DNA of 64,000 nucleotides from Octopus sinensis (lineage: Eukaryota). The DNA lies in NCBI RefSeq assembly GCF_006345805.1, contig NC_043011.1:38514464-38578463 (forward strand), read 5' to 3'. Positions within the stretch are counted from its first letter, which is position 1; every line of letters starts with the position of its first letter. The position numbers and the translations under genes are program-made. The notes beneath the pieces are model-generated. The model was not told the DNA's origin, searched no databases, and was given only the letters and a program-made list of their open reading frames with translations. This document shows positions 53,662 to 64,000 of this stretch, one piece after another.

Positions 53662-53733
53662 TTGCTAGTGTTCAGGTCACTGCTTGGAATGGAACTCGGA
53701 ATCTTGGGGCTAGGAGCCCTCACTCTTAACCAC
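53285..53733 (-). mobile_element. tRNA-headed SINE-like element with hammerhead-type 3' module and expanded microsatellite
   Basis: Reverse-complement match to 60749-61001; B box GAGTTCCATTCC; hammerhead motif at 53339-53384. Confidence 0.8.
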
Positions 53734-54420
53734 AGGAGCAGATAACCACAGGAGCAGATAACCCAAATTCAAGAGCTGTGGGGAAATGTTGATGACTGAT
53801 GCTCCAAAGTGATGTAATAAGTAATCAGAAACGTTGTGTTAACCAAACAAGATGAGGACAAATATCCGTCGAATGTAAATAATGTAAATAATGTAAATAA
53901 TGAAAAGAAAACTAGTTTAACCACGCTTCCTATACTGATTGGATCAAAGGAAAGCGATCAGATTAATATGGACCACCTATTGCCAGAGATGAAAATGGGT
54001 TTGCGCATGCCTAACAACCCTACACAGAATAAAGTAAAGTTACAGAAATATCAATGAAAAGACCTAGTGGAGAGGAGTTTTTCTTCTGCTCAAGTGCAGA
54101 GGACCGGATAACCCAGATTCAAGAACTGTGGGGAAAATCGTCGATGACCGATGCTCCAAAGTAATGTAATAAGGAATCATAAAATGTAAATGAGAAAAGA
54201 CGGTAAGATGAAATAAATGAAATGAATAACCTTTTGAAACGATAGATTAATGAATTGTATGCAAGTATCAATACATTATGTGTGTGTTGTTTATCTCTCT
54301 GAGCAGAAACCCTAATTAACGAGTCATTGGATGTTTATTCCATCTAAATGTGGACGACGAACGAGTGGCGAATCAATATTTTAGCACCTCCTTCTCGAAA
54401 GTAACATGTGACTCTACTGT

Positions 54421-54539
54421 TCAAAATATTTTCTGTTGAGGCTCCCCATCAGATACGCTATTCGTTGACCAGGACTCAATACTTTTTACACAATTCCTTC
54501 GGGTCACTTTTCCGCTTCGGTTCACTTTTCCACTTGTAA
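54421..54539 (-). CDS. Candidate terminal coding exon of an unidentified gene
   Basis: Strong acceptor TTTTTCTTTATAG; open phase-1 frame xTSGKVNRSGKVTRRNCVKSIESWSTNSVSDGEPQQKIF*. No homology recognised. Confidence 0.3.
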
Positions 54540-55024
54540 CTATAAAGAAAAATGCTATTACTATCTTTAATCGTTGATTCACACGGTTAATGCATAACCA
54601 CTCTCTTACATTTACCAATTTTTCCGGGAGTAAACATTTCTCATTCAATGAACCACTTTCAACTAATTTTTCCTCTGTAAATCTTCTATTTTAGTGTCTA
54701 TTTTTCAACATTGCACCACAGATAGTCTGCTTCTTGTATAAACAAAGAACACCATTTTTGTAAAACAAATTTCCCGAAATATGCATCTTTCGTTAAAATT
54801 GCATTTCTCTTTGTTATACAAAGTTTTATGAATAGAATGTGAAGAACAATGGAGAAACACGTAATTTTTTTTACATAGGGCTTCAGGTTGGGGAGATGTG
54901 AAATATAAGAACTTCATAAATGCAACAGAATAGATCACTGTTAAAGGCCACTACAGGTCATATAACGGTTTAACACTTCACACAAGGAATTTGTGAGGAT
55001 TTTGAAGAATATATTTGCCCTTAC

Positions 55025-55137
55025 TGCTTTCTGCAAGGCTCGAACTCCTCACCACATCCAGTGATCCTTCGGAGTTATTCATTTGACTTAAATTCGCCTG
55101 ATACTTTATCTTATAACAATTACTGTGCATCGCACAT
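55025..55137 (-). CDS. Candidate internal exon, phase-compatible with 54421-54539
   Basis: Frame CAMHSNCYKIKYQANLSQMNNSEGSLDVVRSSSLAES, donor GCA|GTAAGG in phase 1; acceptor weak. Confidence 0.25.
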
Positions 55138-56444
55138 CTAAATTTTCGTTGTTAAATAACCATTGATTTTATGCTAAACAACTTGTGAACAAGTATAGAA
55201 TTCGAATTTAAACGCCAGGTTTATGAAAACTAATGTATTCCATTGTAGAGAAGATACTTGTTTAAGAAAAAAAACTAAAGATATTTGAGTGCAGTGAGAA
55301 ATGAGATGGATCTTGACACAATGATATATTTGAATCCAATAACATGGATTATCTAAAGTTTGCATCTTTAATGTGATTTTTTACAACTCCTTAAAACACA
55401 TCTTTAAGAACACTCTAATGACAATAAATCACCTGTATATAATCCACCACTCTTCGTCAGAAAACAACGTCATGCAAATGTAATTAAGATTCTTAGACAG
55501 ATAATAATATTCATACATTATTTACACATTATTTGCATTTGTTATAAATCACACACAGCATATATTACATTCTAAGTTAAAGAAAAGAACAAAAAATTCA
55601 CTTGGATACCGTTTGGACATTATTTAATAAAATATAGTAAAACATGACAAGAATTATGTGAGCAATGCTTAATTTCATATGCTCTAACAAATAATTATTT
55701 TTAGTATGGTGGATTCACTATTTATCTTTAAGAGATATTTAGAAGAAAAAGAAAGAAGCAACAAGTGTAAGAGAGCTATTTGATATAGTTTTGACATGGC
55801 CTTTCAAAAAGCCAATTCTTAATGTTTTATAAAGGATTTCATGCATGCATGAGAAACATGTTTCTAACTCATGTTTTATTGTAGTGGAATGAACCTCTTC
55901 AGAATGTAACAAACGTATTCTCTTCCGGTTAACAATGTGACTTTATAAGCTTTCTTTTAGGTAATTCCAATTCGAAAATTTATGCAGTTAATTCTATGAA
56001 TATAAAAATCTTCAATGTTGGCGTCGGCGCTGAGGAAGTTAATGTCGGTTTTGTTGATGTTACTGCTTATGTGCTTGTCGTTTAACCCCAAGTCGGGCCT
56101 GACTAAGTAGATTTGATGAGGAAGTTCTATCTATAACAACATCTCGCTTTTTGGGATGTTAATATAATGCAAAAATATGAAGCCTTTCGTTTATATAAAC
56201 AGTCGTTATTTAACTCAAGACGATTTGAGTGATGGCAGAGATTGACTTTTAACAGACGCGTAATGAAATGCCTTCCAGCTGTGACCAATTCTATATTTCA
56301 TAAGGGATGTGTGACACGACATCATAGTATGTGCATTTTTAAGAAGCTAGAGAAAGCTTTGTAAGAAAGTTGATGCAATATTTTGCATATCGAAGAGTCG
56401 CATACGGTTTTCACATGTCTATCTATCTATCTATCTATCTCTCT

Positions 56445-56481
<37 letters not shown>

Positions 56482-56483
56482 TC

Positions 56484-56514
<31 letters not shown>

Positions 56515-56822
56515 CACACAAAAATTATTTTGATAACAATACATGGTAAAATCAATAATGATTTTACTATGTAGCCAGTGCGGAAACTCAAAACCTTTTA
56601 GGAAAATTTTACTAATTATTTTTTTAATTATATACATAATTTTAACAAGGGATCAGCTTAAATCAACACCTAGCGCTGCTAAAGATTGACAGTAAAGTCT
56701 TTTATTACCACCTTAAATTCTCAGCGAAAAACATTTAATGTGGGCAAGTAAAAGAAAGATAATGAATCAAAACGATGGTTAGATGCAGACGCGTTTTGAA
56801 TTCAAAGTAAACATGATATGTA

Positions 56823-57037
56823 TATATTAGAAGCAATAAGGTACTCAGAAATCTGGATGGTTTTCTATTTACAGATTTTTATTAATATCTCACGTGTTTT
56901 ATAAATCATATATTAGTGCTCGCATCCACTCTAGTGAAGCGCTAATATATGATATATAAAAACATGTGATATATAAATAAAAATCTGTAAATATAAATCC
57001 ATCCAGGTTTGTGAGTACCTTATTTCTTCTAGAATAT
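56823..57037. mobile_element. Fold-back MITE-like element, ~100-bp arms
   Basis: 56823-56920 is an imperfect reverse complement of 56938-57037, with a ~17-nt loop. Confidence 0.85.
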
Positions 57038-58141
57038 AATACCTGTACATCACCTCCAACCTTCTAATATATATATATATATAAATATATACATAAAACA
57101 GATAGATAAAAACTAAAATATAATCATGTAGATGGATCTAGATATTTATGCGGAAGTATTATTTGTGAGGAATGCAGATGCTGTGAAAACATCCTTTTGT
57201 TGTATTAACCAATTATATATTTCATTTTATTTATACATTGAATATTTCTGAGCAAGTAATCGCGGTCTCAGAGTACATTGTCATCTTTCATTATATACAT
57301 AAAAACAGCAGCCTAGCATGGTTTTGATCTTAATCAGTCGACATATTTTTCAAAGCACCTAACGCCCAATTTTTCATTATATCTTTGTTTTCTAAAATCT
57401 CAGGTATTTCAACACCACTGTAGCAAAAATTTAACTCCGTCTGAAGAATGGGCGAGTATTCAGTCACAGATCAATGAATCGTAATGTGAGCTGAACTGAT
57501 GAACTTTGGGGAAATCTATTGTGGAATCAAACACTTTAAAATCTGAATTGTCTACGATAGAGACACCTTTTTCCTATAGGCGCCATTAATTTTGAGTGTC
57601 CACCTACTTATTCTGTAAATAGAAACGAATTTTTCACCAGTGCGAGGATGACGAGTAACACCACAACGTTACGTATTTAAATTCAAATTTATACACATAC
57701 AATTTTCGAAGACCTTGGTACTACCGTCAGAATTTCAATGGAAATATATTAATTCTGAACGTACTTAAATGATAATCATTCTCACCGAACAAAATATACT
57801 CAAGTAGCTTCTAAGACTAAGCATGGCAACGTACTCACATTTTGTTTGTTCATTAAAAAAAATTTCGCTGCCATATTTTTAAAAATTGTAATCTTGATCG
57901 CAATACTTTTTCGTTTCGGCTATCACGGAAACAGCAACTTTTTTTTACGACAAAAACCTTCACGTATCTTCGATCTTACGTAGCAAAATTTATCCTGCTT
58001 TTATTAAAAAAACGATGTTGTTTATAATTCTTTCGGCACAAAAATTATTTCACACTATGTATTTATTCATTTTGTTTTTCGTAAAATTATTTCAAACTTC
58101 ATACACGTGCATGCATTCATACACACATACATACATACATG

Positions 58142-58175
<34 letters not shown>

Positions 58176-58329
58176 TACATACATATATATATATATATAC
58201 ATATACACACACTGGCACCTTCACACGCACACACACAAATATGTATGTACGTACATATATGTTTATATATATGCATATGTTTTATTTCTTTTATTAATAT
58301 ATATATATATATATACATACACACACATA

Positions 58330-58545
58330 CGAGGCACAGGGACGTTGAAAAGTTCCTGGCTTTGGGTAAAAGAAAATACAGAAGGATCAGTTATGATTTT
58401 ATTCAACATAGTCCTCTCTCAGATTCGCTCATTTAATGCAGAGGACCTTCAGTTTTCCTAAGCTCTGTAATAAACTTGAAAGGTTGGGCCTCCAACCAGG
58501 CCTTTCAAGGTACCCTTAAAGTCAGGGGCTTTCGAGCATCCCTCG
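58330..58545 (+). mobile_element. Mariner-type MITE
   Basis: TA-CGAGG..GGACGTTGAAAAGTTCCTGGCTTT...AAAGTCAGGGGCTTTCGAGCATCCCTCG-TA; second copy at 39.56 kb. Confidence 0.75.
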
Positions 58546-59749
58546 TATATATTTGAACCTTTTTGAATAAATTTTTAAACGTGCTTTTTCAATGACGTCA
58601 CTGACTTCATTGATCCATTGTCATAGAACCATTTTGTTTTTTTTTTTCACATCACTGATAAATCGAAAAACTTTTGCTATTACATTTTTGATATTTCTTA
58701 CTATTGTCAACGAACAGGAAAATGATAACAATCATTCAAGCAATTCTGCGAATCCAAAACAAATGAAAAAAATGTCCTTTGAAAAATTACTACTTGAAAT
58801 ACAAGCACCACGAGATACACCACGCCACAGTGGACATATTTTGCCACACCATGGCATCGAAAAGCTAGTTAAATGGAAAATCAAATGCACATCCCCGATT
58901 ACCTTCGTTGATTACCTTCGGATCTTAGTGCATAAAATGTATTTCAGTGTTAATAAACCATTAAGGCAACCATACATTTTCATACCAAACATTTTTGAAA
59001 TAAAAATTTGTGAATCTATTAAAATATAGCCAAGTTTTTCTGCATAATCTGTTGTTTTTCCTTCATATATATTGTACTGATGATGGTATCAACATTTTTC
59101 TAAGCGGCCCCTCAAGCCTCTAAACGCCCCCTCTAGAATATCACGTCTGTCATCTCTCTACCACCTCATAACGCCAAACGTCCCGCCCCGAGGGCAAGTA
59201 CAAACAAATCAAGTTCCATTATTTCGAAAATAATTCTCAGTACAAAAGGTTCTAAATCACATGAATCAAAATGATAACGCACTTAATTATTAAAACGATC
59301 ATGAATGCCAGCTATGAGTCATTTATTAAAAACGCTCTACTTTTTTGTTAAGTGACATTGAACAAATCACACGGCTCTATCTGACAGAGCGAATTCTTCA
59401 AATTCTCATTATTTATAGAGCATTACAATTTTGTCATTTATCTTAATGTGCTTAACAATTTAAGGTGTGTCTTGATGACAGAGCACAATTATCAAAGAGG
59501 AAGCTAAACTTTTGAAGATAACAAAAATTAATGGAACTGAAGACAAGAAAGGTTAACAAATTGAGAAAATATTTTGATTTTCATTAATGAATACAACGGC
59601 GCTTTTGAGGAGTGTTTTATCATTCTCTGTGAAATATCCTAATATTGGTAATGTCAACGATAAATTTAGTTGGATGTACAAATAAAACGATTTTCTGCGT
59701 TCGATTTTATAGATTGTTGCTCCTTAGATCAAGCCACTGAATCTTTTAT

Positions 59750-59976
59750 CGCTTATTTGTTCCAGTCTTTGGACTGCAGCCATGCTAGGGCACTTCTTTT
59801 AGGGGTTTTAGGGGAGCAAATCGACCCTAGGACTTCATTTTTATCTTTTAGTCTTGTACTTATTTTATCGGTCGGTTTCTTTTGCTGGACGGCTAGGTAA
59901 CGGGGACGTAAAGAAACTAAACAAACTAAACAAACCAACATCTGTTTCTCAAGCTGTGCGAAGACACACAAACATA

Positions 59977-60015
<39 letters not shown>

Positions 60016-60222
60016 GAGCACTCACATATATATGCACACATATAGGCCTATGTATGTATGTACGACGGGCTTCTTTGAGTTTCCGTCTACCAAATCTACT
60101 CACAAGTCTTTAATCGGCTCGGTGCTATAGTAGAAGACATTGGCCAAAGTTGCACACAGTAGGTCAGAATCCGAAACCATTTTGTTGGCAAGCAAACATT
60201 TTACCACACAGCGCATGTCTGC
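59750..60222 (-). mobile_element. SINE family C
   Basis: GACTGCAGCCATGCT...GGTAACGGGGACGT...(TA)n...CGACGGGCTTCTTTGAGTTTCCGTCTACCAAAT. Confidence 0.8.
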
Positions 60223-60748
60223 ATCTATAATGGTGATTTCCCTTCTTTTTTTATTCATTTTATCTTTTTTGCTATTAATAATATAAAGTCTGTTATTTTT
60301 AAGCATACTAAAATGTTATATCTACTTAGAATAGATTTAACTTTACAAATTTTATCTTACGCTTAAACAACAAGGGTATTGGCAAAATGAGTGACAATCA
60401 GAGAATTTCGAGTTTTATGTGTCGATGTTCTATTTCGCTTCGTCGTTAGCGCTCCGGATAAAAGCGCTTAGCCGTATTTCTTCCAATTCTTTACAATCTG
60501 AGCTCAAATACTGAAGAGGGCAGTAATGCCTTTCATCACTTACTAATCGGTAAAATAAGTGCCAGTCGAGTACTGTGTTTGGTATAATCGATTTACCGCA
60601 TTCGCTCAAATTGCTAACCTTGTGCTAAAATTAGAATTTTATTATTAATATCTCTAACAATATTCTGTAGTTTCACGAACCTGCTATATTTATACAAACT
60701 TAATACCAGTTCAAGTATGTTTGGTGCGTATTCGAGCTATATGCCCAC

Positions 60749-61001
60749 GGGTATATGGCTTTGTGGTTAAGAGTGCGGGCCACTAACCCCAAGAATCCGA
60801 GAACGATTCCAAGCAGTGACCTGCACAATAACAATAATAATAATAACATCGAAAAATAACATAGTAATGAGAACACAGGTTCGAAATTTCCCCAATACAC
60901 CTGAAGAAGGCTGGAGGGTATATCAGCCGAAACGTTGTGTTAACAACAAACAAGATGAGGACAAATATCCGTCGAATGTAAATAATGTAAACAATGTAAA
61001 T
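60749..61001 (+). mobile_element. tRNA-headed SINE-like element with hammerhead-type 3' module
   Basis: A-box-like TGGCTTTGTGG, degenerate B box, short (AAT)n, hammerhead motif, (AATGTAAAT)n tail. Confidence 0.8.
60897..60941 (+). ncRNA. Minimal type I hammerhead motif
   Basis: ACAC-CUGAAGA-A-GGCUG(GAGGGUAUAU)CAGCC-GAAA-CGU-U/GUGU; palindromic ACGU stem III; predicted cleavage after 60936. Confidence 0.65.
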
Positions 61002-61114
61002 ACCACTCAATTACTTGGTTTGATGGAATCGGCTTAACCCTTTCACTCAAAATTACTGGCCTTCTGCCTAAATTAGAAATTATTAATTATACAAGATTTT
61101 AGGTTATTTAGCCC

Positions 61115-61560
61115 TAAGGCAACGAGCTGGTAGAATCGTTGGCACACAAGGCAATAATTATCTTAGTCCTTTATACGTTCCATCACATTCTGAGTTCAAA
61201 TGCTGCCGTGATCAAATTTTCTTTTCATCCTTTCGGGGGTCGATAATATAAGTACCAGTTAAGCACTGGATTGGATGTGATCGATATAATCTCTCCTCCG
61301 ACTTTGCGAGCTGTGTGCCACAATTTGAAACTAATATATAACTACAGAGAAGAAGACAAATGCCGGCAGAATCGTTAATATGCTGGACAAAATACTTAGC
61401 GTCATTTCGTCTGTCTTTATGGTCTGAATTCAAGTTCTGCCGCGGTGGACTTTGCCTTTCACAGGTACTTATCTTATCGATCGCGAAAAGATGGGAGGGA
61501 AAATCTACCTCGGCAGAATTTGAAATCAGAACTTAGAAACGGAGAAAATCTTACTAATCG
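61115..61560. mobile_element. Three degenerate SINE A copies in mixed orientation
   Basis: Heads at ~61117 (+) and ~61362 (+); minus-strand piece at 61465-61560. Confidence 0.7.
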
Positions 61561-61574
61561 TTGTCTCCGGCGTG

Positions 61575-62170
61575 CAAACGATTTTTATTTCATTACTGCC
61601 CACAGAGAGGACAAAACAATGACAGACAAACGGATTAAGTCGATTACATCGACCCCAGTGCGTAACTGGTACTTATTTAATCGACCCCGAAAGGATGAAA
61701 GGCAAAGTCGACCTCGCCGGAATTTGAACTCAGAACGTAGCGGCAGAGGAAATACCTATTTCTTTACTACCCACAAGGAGTTAAACACAGATAGAACAAA
61801 GAAGGACAGACAAACGGATTAAGTCGATTACATCGACGCCAGTGCGTAACTGGTACTTATTTAATCGACCCAGAAAGGATGAAAGGCAAAGTCGACCTCG
61901 GCGAAATTTGAACTCAGAATGTAGCGGCAGACGAAATACCTATTTCTTTACTACCCACAAGGGGTTAAACACAGAGAGAACAAAGAAGGACAGACAAACG
62001 GATTAAGTCGATTATATCGACCCCAGTGCGTAACTGGTACTTATTTAATCGACCCCGAAAGGATAAAAGGCAAAGTCGACCTCGGCGGAATTTGAACTCA
62101 GAACGTAACCGGCAGGCGAAATACGGCTACGCATTTCGCCTGGCGTGCTAACGTTTCTGCCAGCTAGCCG
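61575..62170 (-). mobile_element. SINE family A trimer
   Basis: One headed copy plus two headless ~185-bp units with junction AAATACC|TATTTCTTTAC at ~61755 and ~61940. Confidence 0.92.
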
Positions 62171-63167
62171 TTTCAATAATAGAAAAGTTAATATGGTAAT
62201 TATAAAAAATTGCTTTTTAACCATGTTAAAGCATTTAACCTTTGTGTGTAATGCTTTCTTTTTGTATTAGCGACTTTTGTAAATGTTTAGTATTGCTCCA
62301 ATATGAGTTTTTTTAGCTCTTAAACTCTTAAGTTTATAATGAGCATCAAATATTTGCCAGTTGGCATGTTATTTAGATAAAGAAGAGAAATATGTATAGA
62401 GGGATTCAGATTCGATAAGTGAGGTACAGTGTGGCAGAAGATCAAGAGCATAAAAAAATTTATAATCATAGAGGAATGACAAAGCGACAAACAAGAAGTG
62501 GATCTATCATTTTGAATAAAATATAAAATAAATGGAGAAAACTTCATGGTTATAGGGGAAAGATGCGAAAAGAAATAACGAAATTCAAGACCAACTGAAC
62601 GTAGATAGAAAGAAGTTGAACGTAGAAAGAAGATGAGATATGCAATAGAAACGATATTTTTCTTGAGGAGGAATTTAAAAGCAAATATTAAGTATTAGGT
62701 TTCTTTCTAAGGCATATGACAGGCGGATGGGACAGAGAAAGAAAAAAGAAATTTGAGTGAAATTTGTCGAGCCATATACTGGCAGTATAAGGAAAGCAAT
62801 TCATCATTGCTTAAAAGAATATTTTTTTTTTAAAAAGTAGTACGAGCATAAAAGTAATGCGAGAAGTTACACAAGATTCTATAGATGTTGTATTGAATTT
62901 ATCCACTTTAGTGTATGATACAACAGTGAGATAAATAAACTTTGAAGCAAAACTAAAGAGGACAAATAACTGTAGGATATATTTCTTACCATTTCTTTCA
63001 TATGATTCTTACAGAAAAGTGCAGTTCACTTATGTTTAACTACCTTTCATAGACGAGACTATTGATACACTTTAGTTCAAGGTCAAACTTGAATGATTAC
63101 AACTACGATAAGAGGACATTCTTGCTATGAACATCTCTTCTGTTTGAGACATGTTTAAGAACACATC

Positions 63168-63360
63168 CTCTCTCTCTCTCCCTCTCTCTCTCTTTATGTT
63201 CAATAACTACAGATAGCTTCATTGACTTTCACCGAAGGCCGGTGATATTTGAATCTTTAGTGGGATAACAAAAGTGGCTTCTCGTTGCCTTCTACGTATT
63301 TTAATTACAGCTAGTCTCACTCACTTTAACTAACTCTTTCACTTCTCTCTCTCTCTCTCT

Positions 63361-63405
<45 letters not shown>

Positions 63406-63549
63406 ATGTTCAATACCTACAGGTATCTTCATGAACTTTCACCGAAGGCCGGTGATGGTTGAATCTTAGTGGGATAACAAAAGTGGCTTCTCGTTGCTTT
63501 CTACGTATTTTAATTGCACCTAGTCTCACTCACTTTATCAACCTCTTTC

Positions 63550-63585
<36 letters not shown>
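63168..63585. repeat. Diverged tandem duplication, 210-bp unit, bounded by (CT)n
   Basis: TTTATGTTCAATA at 63193 and 63403. Confidence 0.92.
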
Positions 63586-63587
<2 letters not shown>

Positions 63588-64000
63588 GCCTCTCTTATCC
63601 TTAAAGCACAATGCCTATTTAAGCCTCAAGAACTTGAAGAGGGGAAACTGCTTTATTTGGCATCATGGCATGTCAAGACATCGGTGTATCTGTGCTACAC
63701 ATCTCCGCGTTTTCTATACCTTAACCACTACATAATCTCCTACTATATCACCAATAGCTTCTGCGAATATCAAGTACCCAGCATCATAGATCAGAGTGGA
63801 CGTGAGATTAGTTGTAACTAAGAAGCATATCCATTGTCCACAGTACTTCTGAACTTTCGAGAAGTAACTTTATCAGCAGGAGCAGTTTAATGACTTGTCC
63901 AGGAATATTCGTTACATTCTGCAGTATTGTTAATACTTTAAAACTAATTGTTCTCCTCTTTATGCCGCACACACACACAGATATATATATATATATATAT

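Noticed and set aside
57359-57484. Exon candidates on both strands (VFQHHCSKNLTPSEEW... on +; TELNFCYSGVEIPEI... on -)
   Set aside because: They overlap and are mutually exclusive, the donors are weak, and neither is recognisable.
57497-57520. CUGAUGA-ACUUUGGG-GAAA
   Set aside because: No stable stem II, stem III or stem I; likely chance.
58592-59029. 145-aa ORF
   Set aside because: It crosses a poly-T run, has no recognisable domain, and its composition is consistent with a chance AT-rich ORF.

Overview
AT-rich eukaryotic (metazoan) DNA, intergenic or intronic, with no confidently recognisable host gene. The very dense microsatellites and the three dominant tRNA-headed SINE families match my recollection of octopus genomes; this is an inference and was not searched. 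Almost all ORFs in the supplied track are microsatellite translations. Real protein remnants are limited to three R4/Dong-type non-LTR retrotransposon C-terminal fragments with a restriction-like endonuclease domain (30.3, 42.8, 43.3 kb) and two internally deleted Tc1/mariner copies (8.4, 15.5 kb). The most interesting signal is a set of minimal type I hammerhead-ribozyme motifs of the kind known from Penelope-like elements. One is canonical at 782-844 (-). Two are mirror copies inside a ~460-bp near-perfect palindrome at 48335-48796. Two lie in the 3' part of a tRNA-headed SINE-like element (53.3 kb and 60.8 kb), and several more are decayed copies. Other structure includes fold-back elements, SINE multimers with stereotyped junctions, SINE head/tail shuffling, microsatellite-bounded tandem duplications, and a few weak exon candidates in the repeat-poor 54-64 kb region. 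Coordinates were read by eye and repeat boundaries are approximate.
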